From: an uncultured Bifidobacterium sp.
GTDB taxonomy: Bacteria > Acidobacteriota > Vicinamibacteria > Vicinamibacterales > CAVVIG01
Assembly: GCA_964577955.1 (NCBI GenBank)
Contig: CAZOAZ010000013.1
Coordinates: 48,284-112,283 of the forward strand
Length of the DNA: 64,000 nucleotides
Direction of reading: 5' to 3'
Position numbers and translations under genes: made by a program. The notes under the pieces were generated by a model. It saw only the letters and a list, made by a program, of their open reading frames with translations, did not search any database and was not told the origin of the DNA. Position 1 is the first letter of the stretch. The number at the start of each line of letters is the position of its first letter. Shown here piece after piece: positions 58,529 to 64,000 of the stretch.

Positions 58529-60166
58529 TCACTGCGTCTGTCCGTACCGCCGCCGCATCTCATTCAGGATCTGTTCGGCCTGCTCTTCTGCACCACGCCG
58601 AATCCAGACGTGCTCCGGGCGATCCAGGATCGCGTCGATGACCGCGTTGACACGACGCCCGGCCTCGGCCCGGCCGGTACGCGCCGCGTCGGCCGTGATC
58701 GCGCGGGCCTGCGGCAGCAGCTTCATGTAAAACCGTTCCGCGACCTCGAACATGCCATGCCACTGGGTGTAGTCGGGTGCCATCATCGAGGCCCCCATCC
58801 GCGCGCGCCGTCCTTCGTGGTGCCAGAGGTAGTACCACGTCCACTCGATTTCTTCGTCGTACTGCGTCTTGCTGAGCAGCCCGTTCGACGACAGGGCGGC
58901 CATGATCGCCTGCCCCGGCTTCGCGAACTTCTCGTTGTACTGCACGACCACATCGTCGTACTGGCGATAAAACAGGTTGATGTGATCGGGCGTGTGGCAG
59001 TTCGAACAGACGGTCTTCATCCGATTGCGTTTGGCGTCGGCGGTATCCGCCGTTGCCGCCGCCCGCCTGGCCGGATCGGTCTCCACGACCACGTCGTGCG
59101 CCGCCGTGGTATCCATCACCAGACTCACGGGCGGACGATTCGTCCAGGAAATCCGTTCGCCGGGATCGTGAGTCGACGTCATCCCGTTCCTGAGATTGGC
59201 GCCCATGTGGCAGCTCGCACACGTTGGCGCGGCGCTGTAGTCGCGCCCGAGCACCCACGGCCGTGCGTCGAGATTCATCTCGGCGATCAAGTCGCGGAAC
59301 GCGACGCCGTGTTTCGATTCCTCGTAGATCTCCTTCTGCGGGTGGTCCGGACCCAGATGGCACTTGCCGCAGCTCTCGGGTTGGCGGGCGCGGCGTGCCG
59401 AGAAGTCGTGCCGGCTGTGGCAGGCCGCGCACGAGCCGAGCGAACCGTCGAGATTGATCCGGCCGATGCCGGTGTTCGGCCAGCTGCTGCTCGCAAACTG
59501 CGGCCGGCCGCTGTCGTTCTTCGCGATCCGCCCCAGCGCCTCGCTGTTGGCCGGGACACCGCGATCGTCGGGCTGGAGGTCGCGCACGGTGATGGTCCCG
59601 CCGCTCGTCGCCTGGAGCGCCACGACGGATCCATGACACTGCTGGCATCCGGAGTTCGCCGGCGCGAGACCGTTCACCATCGTCACGGCTTTCCCTGGCG
59701 TCGGCGAATGCGGGCTGAACGGCGTTCGCGCGCCCTCAACGGTCTCGGCCAGAAAGTTGTCGAGCGACGCGAGAATGTTGCCGGCCTTCGAATGATGGCT
59801 GGCGGCGAACTCGGTCGCCTGCGTTGGATGGCAGGCCGCGCAATCACGCGGCGTGACGACGGTCGCGATCTGCGCCCCGTAGTGATTGAAGGCATCGGCA
59901 TCCTTCGGCCCGGCCTTGTGGCAGTCGATGCAGCCGACGCCTTTCTCGGCATGGGTCGATCCCCGCCAGTGCTCGACGATGCCGACATCGACCTGCGTGT
60001 GGCAGTCGACGCATTGCCGCGATGACGCCGGTGGCGTGACGGCCGCGCGGCGTCCGCCAGACTCCTGCCGGCGGCGCGCCACCTCGAGCCACTGCACCGC
60101 CACGAGCGACAGCAGGAACAGCACCCCAAGCCCGCCAATCACCCACCGCTTTTGTTCGAGTGTCAT
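58529..60166 (-). CDS. HAO-family octaheme cytochrome c with N-terminal membrane anchor
   Basis: Eight CxxCH motifs (CVDCH, CIDCH, CAACH, CQQCH, CAACH, CGKCH, CASCH, CSNCH); CHLGPDHPQ; WPNTGIGRIN; MAPDYTQWHG. Confidence 0.88.
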   Translation of the reverse strand: MTLEQKRWVIGGLGVLFLLSLVAVQWLEVARRRQESGGRRAAVTPPASSRQCVDCHTQVDVGIVEHWRGSTHAEKGVGCIDCHKAGPKDADAFNHYGAQIATVVTPRDCAACHPTQATEFAASHHSKAGNILASLDNFLAETVEGARTPFSPHSPTPGKAVTMVNGLAPANSGCQQCHGSVVALQATSGGTITVRDLQPDDRGVPANSEALGRIAKNDSGRPQFASSSWPNTGIGRINLDGSLGSCAACHSRHDFSARRARQPESCGKCHLGPDHPQKEIYEESKHGVAFRDLIAEMNLDARPWVLGRDYSAAPTCASCHMGANLRNGMTSTHDPGERISWTNRPPVSLVMDTTAAHDVVVETDPARRAAATADTADAKRNRMKTVCSNCHTPDHINLFYRQYDDVVVQYNEKFAKPGQAIMAALSSNGLLSKTQYDEEIEWTWYYLWHHEGRRARMGASMMAPDYTQWHGMFEVAERFYMKLLPQARAITADAARTGRAEAGRRVNAVIDAILDRPEHVWIRRGAEEQAEQILNEMRRRYGQTQ

Positions 60167-60203
60167 ACCGCTCCTCAGCACCGTAGACCGCGGACGCCGT
60201 CGC

Positions 60204-61253
60204 CTAATGCGCGACGAGCGCCTCCCACATCGTCAAGCCGATGATCGTCAGCGCGCCGACGACGCCGATCCAGACCGAGATCTCCGGATACTTGAACCGC
60301 TTGACCAGCCAGGCATCGATGAACGGCCAGACGAACATCGTGAACAGGATCAACCCCTGCGTCAGCACGGCCATCGTGCCGGAAAAGAGCTTCAGCCAGC
60401 GGAAGGCGACGTAGAAATACCACTCCGGCTTGATCACCTCCGGCGTGACCAGCGGGTTGGCGCGCGGCCCCATCTCCGCGGGGAGCAGCGTGGCGAGCGC
60501 GCTGAGGAGAATCATCAGCGTCAGGCCGATGATCAGCTCAGTGTAGAAGTGATCCGGGAAGAAGTTGAACTGCTTGGCGGGGCGATCGCGATCCGCGTCG
60601 AACTCGTGCTCGGTCACCCCCAGCATGCGCACCATGCCGATGTGCATCATCAGCACCAGGATCAGCGTCACGGGAAGAACCGCGCCGTGCAGGATGAAGA
60701 ATCGCGACAGCGTGCGGTCGTTGTATGACGCGCCGCCAAGCAGCAAGTCCTTCAGCAGCGGTCCGACCAGCGGGATCGTGTCGCTGATGTTGGCCGCAAC
60801 GGTCGCCCCCCAGAAGCTCAGTTGCTCGAAGACCAGGCTGTAGCCGGTGAAGCCAAGCATCAGCGTGCAGACGAGCAGCGTCATGCCGATCATCCAGTTC
60901 AGTTCACGTGGACGGCGGTAGCTCCCGGTGAAGAACACCCGCATCTGATGCAGGACGACCGCGGCAATCATCAAGGTGGCGCCCCAGCGGTGCAGCCCGC
61001 GGAGGTACCAGCCAAACTGCGCCTGCTCGGTGATGTAGCGCACCGATTCGTAGGCGGTCGACGCCGACGGCTGGTAGTAGAAGGCCAGCAGCACGCCGGT
61101 GACAATCTGCACGACGAAGAGATACGCCGGCGTCCCGCCGAGGGCGAACCACCAGCGCTTGAGGTGATACGGCACCGGCTCGTTGGACATCGCCGCAATC
61201 GAATCGAGCGAGATCGGCACTCGCTCGTCGAGCCATTGACGCGCGCGACTCAT
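60204..61253 (-). CDS. Cytochrome b of a Rieske/cytb complex (fused b + subunit IV type)
   Basis: LHRWG...VLHQMRVF, ILHGA...MMHI and the Qo-site motif PEWY. Confidence 0.92.
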   Translation of the reverse strand: MSRARQWLDERVPISLDSIAAMSNEPVPYHLKRWWFALGGTPAYLFVVQIVTGVLLAFYYQPSASTAYESVRYITEQAQFGWYLRGLHRWGATLMIAAVVLHQMRVFFTGSYRRPRELNWMIGMTLLVCTLMLGFTGYSLVFEQLSFWGATVAANISDTIPLVGPLLKDLLLGGASYNDRTLSRFFILHGAVLPVTLILVLMMHIGMVRMLGVTEHEFDADRDRPAKQFNFFPDHFYTELIIGLTLMILLSALATLLPAEMGPRANPLVTPEVIKPEWYFYVAFRWLKLFSGTMAVLTQGLILFTMFVWPFIDAWLVKRFKYPEISVWIGVVGALTIIGLTMWEALVAH

Positions 61254-61816
61254 GCCCGCCGCCCGTCGCGCGCGCACGCCGCGCCGCGGGCCTGGCGCCC
61301 CATCGACAGCTCCTCGGCCGGCACGAGGATGTAGAGCAGGCCGGCGTCGACGGCCAGTTCGTACCGCGGCAGCGACTGGCCGGCCTCGAACGGCGGACCG
61401 CCGGTCGCCTTTCCCGAGGGATCGAAGGTGCCGTTGTGGCACGGACAGAAGTAGCGGTTGTTCTGCCCTTCCCACTTCACCTGGCAGCCGAGATGCGGAC
61501 ACGTGCTCGAGAGCGCCACCACGTCCGACACCGCGTTGTCCTTCGCGCGCCGGGTGATGTTCACGGTGCGGCCGTCCGGCGTCAGGTACATCAGCGTGGA
61601 TCCGAGCTCGAGCGCATCGAGCTGGGTCACGAACAGGCGATGCTTGCGGCCGCGGTCGGCCGGCAGCATGAACCGCGCGCCGATCCAACCGAAGAATCCG
61701 TAGCCGCCCAGCAGGCCGGCCCCCATGAAGACCCGCGCGACCATCGCCAACACGCCACGACGCGGCAGCAACGGCGGCACCGTCTCGGGAGCGGGCGGAA
61801 GAGGAACGTGGGCCAT
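61250..61816 (-). CDS. Rieske [2Fe-2S] protein
   Basis: Tat-like PRRGVL plus TM; CPHLGC and CPCHNG. Confidence 0.92.
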   Translation of the reverse strand: MAHVPLPPAPETVPPLLPRRGVLAMVARVFMGAGLLGGYGFFGWIGARFMLPADRGRKHRLFVTQLDALELGSTLMYLTPDGRTVNITRRAKDNAVSDVVALSSTCPHLGCQVKWEGQNNRYFCPCHNGTFDPSGKATGGPPFEAGQSLPRYELAVDAGLLYILVPAEELSMGRQARGAACARDGRRA

Positions 61817-61819
61817 GAT

Positions 61820-63442
61820 CTAGAAGGGCGCGAAGCCCTGGGACGGAAAGCCGGGCATCGAGTGCAGACGATAGAGCGGCTCGGCATAGGCGAGCAGGAT
61901 CAGCACGACGCCCACGACGGTCCAGAAACCGAACCGGTCCCAGAGCGACGGCCCCGGCGTCACCGGCACCAGCGATTCGGCATACTCGATCGGTGCCGTT
62001 TCGCCTCGCGGCGCGACGAGCATCGTGCCGACGATCACGAGCAGGAAGCATGCTGACGACAGCACGAGGATGACGCCGCCAATCGCCGAGAAGTTGACGT
62101 ACGGCTGCCAGCTTGCCGCGACGGCCGATCCCGAGTACGCGCTGGTATAGATGCGGCGCGGCATGCCGAGCAGGCCGACGATGTGATTGGGAATGCTGAA
62201 ACACATCATGCCGGCGAACCAGAGATACGGCTGCACCGTCGCCAGCGCCGGCAGGATCAACGCGCGCCCGGTCAGCCGCGGCAGCATCCAGTAGCTGACG
62301 CCCATGAACGTCAGCGCCACCGCCGTGCCGACGGTCAAATGAAAGTGTCCCTGGACCCACGCGGTGTTGTGGACCATCGCGTTCATCGCGTAGGCCGCGT
62401 TGATCGCGCCGCCGAAACCACCGAGCGCGAACGTCACCATCGACAGCGCCACGCCGGCAAAGAACGGATCGCGCCACGGCAGCGCGCCAATCCAGCCGAA
62501 GAGTCCTTGCCCACCGCGGGCCCGCCCCGCATTTTCGAGCGATGCGATCACGGTGAAAGCGGTGACCAGGCTCGGAAACATGATCGCGTAGGTCGTGAAG
62601 GTGTGGACCAGCTTCCAGCCGTTCGAGATGCCGGGATCGGTGAACTGGTGGTGGAAACCGACCGGCGTCGAGAACAAAATGAACTGCACGAAGACGACGC
62701 GAGTCACCGCGTCGCTGAACAATTTGCCGCCGGCAACGCGCGGAATGGTCGTGTACCACAGGACGTAGGCCGGGATCAGCCAGAAGTACGTCAAGGGGTG
62801 CCCGAACCACCAGAAGTACGTCCGCGCGGCAATCGGATCGATGGCGCTGACGAAACCAAGTGACCACGGCAGGATCAGCACCAGGACTTCAATCGCCAGC
62901 CCCGTTGTCGCCAGGATCCAGACGATGACCGCCGCCATCATTCCATGCGCGGCCAGCGGAATCCGCGCGTCCCGGTGCTGCTGCCGCCAGGCGCGATAGC
63001 TGAACACGACAATGGCCGACCACACCCAGGACCCGATGATCAGCAGCGTCGCCCCGATGTAGAAGGCCGGATGCGCTTTGAGCGGCGGATAGAACGTGTA
63101 GAGCACCGTACTGCTGCCCGACAGGATGGCCATCGTCGTGAGCGTGGTCCCGACGACCGCGCACCAGAAACCGCCCCACGCCCATCCGTGCGCGACAATC
63201 CGCCCCAGCGTCGACTCGACGACCAGGTAGCCGAGCGCCATGATGAAGAACGTGGTGAAGACGAGCGCCATCAGCACGCCGTGGGCGGTCACCGAGAGGT
63301 AGTAGAGGCTCGCCGATCCGAACGGCAGATCGATCCCGGCGCGAGCAAGCGCCTGCATCACACCGAGCAGCGACGCCACCGCAAAGGCTGTGACGGCCAC
63401 CCAGAAATTCGACAGGACGAGACGCGTGCCGGCGGCGGTCAC
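61820..63442 (-). CDS. cbaA: B-family (ba3-type) heme-copper O2 reductase subunit I
   Basis: TAHGVLMA, WFGHPLTYFW (His-Tyr cross-link pair), GFHHQF and GHFH. Confidence 0.9.
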   Translation of the reverse strand: MTAAGTRLVLSNFWVAVTAFAVASLLGVMQALARAGIDLPFGSASLYYLSVTAHGVLMALVFTTFFIMALGYLVVESTLGRIVAHGWAWGGFWCAVVGTTLTTMAILSGSSTVLYTFYPPLKAHPAFYIGATLLIIGSWVWSAIVVFSYRAWRQQHRDARIPLAAHGMMAAVIVWILATTGLAIEVLVLILPWSLGFVSAIDPIAARTYFWWFGHPLTYFWLIPAYVLWYTTIPRVAGGKLFSDAVTRVVFVQFILFSTPVGFHHQFTDPGISNGWKLVHTFTTYAIMFPSLVTAFTVIASLENAGRARGGQGLFGWIGALPWRDPFFAGVALSMVTFALGGFGGAINAAYAMNAMVHNTAWVQGHFHLTVGTAVALTFMGVSYWMLPRLTGRALILPALATVQPYLWFAGMMCFSIPNHIVGLLGMPRRIYTSAYSGSAVAASWQPYVNFSAIGGVILVLSSACFLLVIVGTMLVAPRGETAPIEYAESLVPVTPGPSLWDRFGFWTVVGVVLILLAYAEPLYRLHSMPGFPSQGFAPF

Positions 63443-63915
63443 GGGCGATCCTCGACGATGACGGCTGCCTGCATCAGGTGATGGGCCAGGCCGCAGTACT
63501 CGTTGCAGACGACCAGATACTCGCCCGGCGTGTGGAACGTCGTGGTCGCTTCGCTGACGTAGCCGGGCGACACCGTGAGGTTCACGTTGGTATTGACGAT
63601 CTGGAAGCCGTGCAGCACGTCGGCGCTGGTGACGCGAAACGTCACTGGCCGGCCGACCGGCACGTGGATCCGAAACGGACGAAATTCGTACATCGCGGCG
63701 CGGATCACCACGGTCACGCCGCCGTCGGCATCAGCCACGACGCCCGGCGTCGAGAACTCTCCGGACACCGTGAGCGCCGACGGATCGACCATCTCCGAGT
63801 GACTCGGCGGATGCGTCGAGCCGACCACCGCGGTGACGACGATCGCGGCGGTGAAACACACCAGCATCGCGGTGGCGGCCCACATCCAGTAGCGCTCGGA
63901 GGGATTGACGTGCAT
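63439..63915 (-). CDS. cbaB: B-family oxidase subunit II (CuA)
   Basis: One TM; DVLHGF...CNEYCGLAHHLM. Confidence 0.92.
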   Translation of the reverse strand: MHVNPSERYWMWAATAMLVCFTAAIVVTAVVGSTHPPSHSEMVDPSALTVSGEFSTPGVVADADGGVTVVIRAAMYEFRPFRIHVPVGRPVTFRVTSADVLHGFQIVNTNVNLTVSPGYVSEATTTFHTPGEYLVVCNEYCGLAHHLMQAAVIVEDRP

Positions 63916-63923
63916 GCCGTCGC

Positions 63924-64000
63924 CTACGGCGCGTTCCTGGGCATGAACAGCCCGAAGAAGAACGCGAGCCAGCCGAGCACCACCAGCGCCCCGAAGACAC
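63924..64000 (-). CDS. Probable oxidase subunit IIa (single TM), 5'-partial
   Basis: ...VFGALVVLGWLAFFFGLFMPRNAP* immediately upstream of subunit II, the position of cbaD. Confidence 0.6.
   Translation of the reverse strand, partial: VFGALVVLGWLAFFFGLFMPRNAP

Noticed and set aside
58529-60166. Evidence of ammonia-oxidiser nitrification (haoA)
   Set aside because: No amo, haoB, cycA or cycB in the window, and the cross-link Tyr appears to be absent.
60204-62867. 887-aa ORF as a giant cytochrome b fusion
   Set aside because: The upstream part is an off-frame read-through of the Rieske and oxidase genes; homology starts at MSRARQW (61253).
61820-63442. Subunit I as a B-family-derived nitric oxide reductase
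   Set aside because: It retains HPLTY (cross-link Tyr) and the ba3 proton-channel residues (PAY..Y, SL.T), which indicate an O2 reductase.

Overview
GC-rich bacterial DNA, possibly Acidobacteriota/Vicinamibacteria-like (inferred from gene families, not proven). About 65 genes are densely packed, and I saw no rRNA, tRNA or CRISPR array. The window looks like one large low-oxygen/dormancy-type stress island. It carries three universal stress proteins, Hsp20, a CBS protein, two BON proteins, CsbD, a nitroreductase, a PRTase-erythromycin-esterase fusion, a dienelactone hydrolase, an ADH, PpsA, FtsH, DegP, a solo GroEL, MgtA, OsmC, a DksA/TraR protein and an L,D-transpeptidase. Near the middle sit a FixL-like kinase with two tandem heme-type PAS domains and a divergent sigma54 enhancer-binding response regulator. 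Reading the intergenic DNA by eye gave 17 correctly oriented sigma54 -24/-12 (GG-N10-GC) sites and nine copies of a tandem GG(A/G)nnTTTCC-like element with about 20-21 bp period. Four of those elements lie between divergent sigma54 promoter pairs, which suggests a self-contained O2-sensing sigma54 regulon. The right end holds an unusual respiratory operon: a B-family (ba3-type) oxidase, a Rieske protein, a cytochrome b and a membrane-anchored HAO-family octaheme cytochrome where cytochrome c1 would normally be. Also present are a heme-c/copper-monooxygenase-like gene cluster, a DUF3570-DUF4266-TlpA operon, a 166-bp MITE and several deletion-damaged genes. All coordinates and motif calls were made by eye; no database searches were run.
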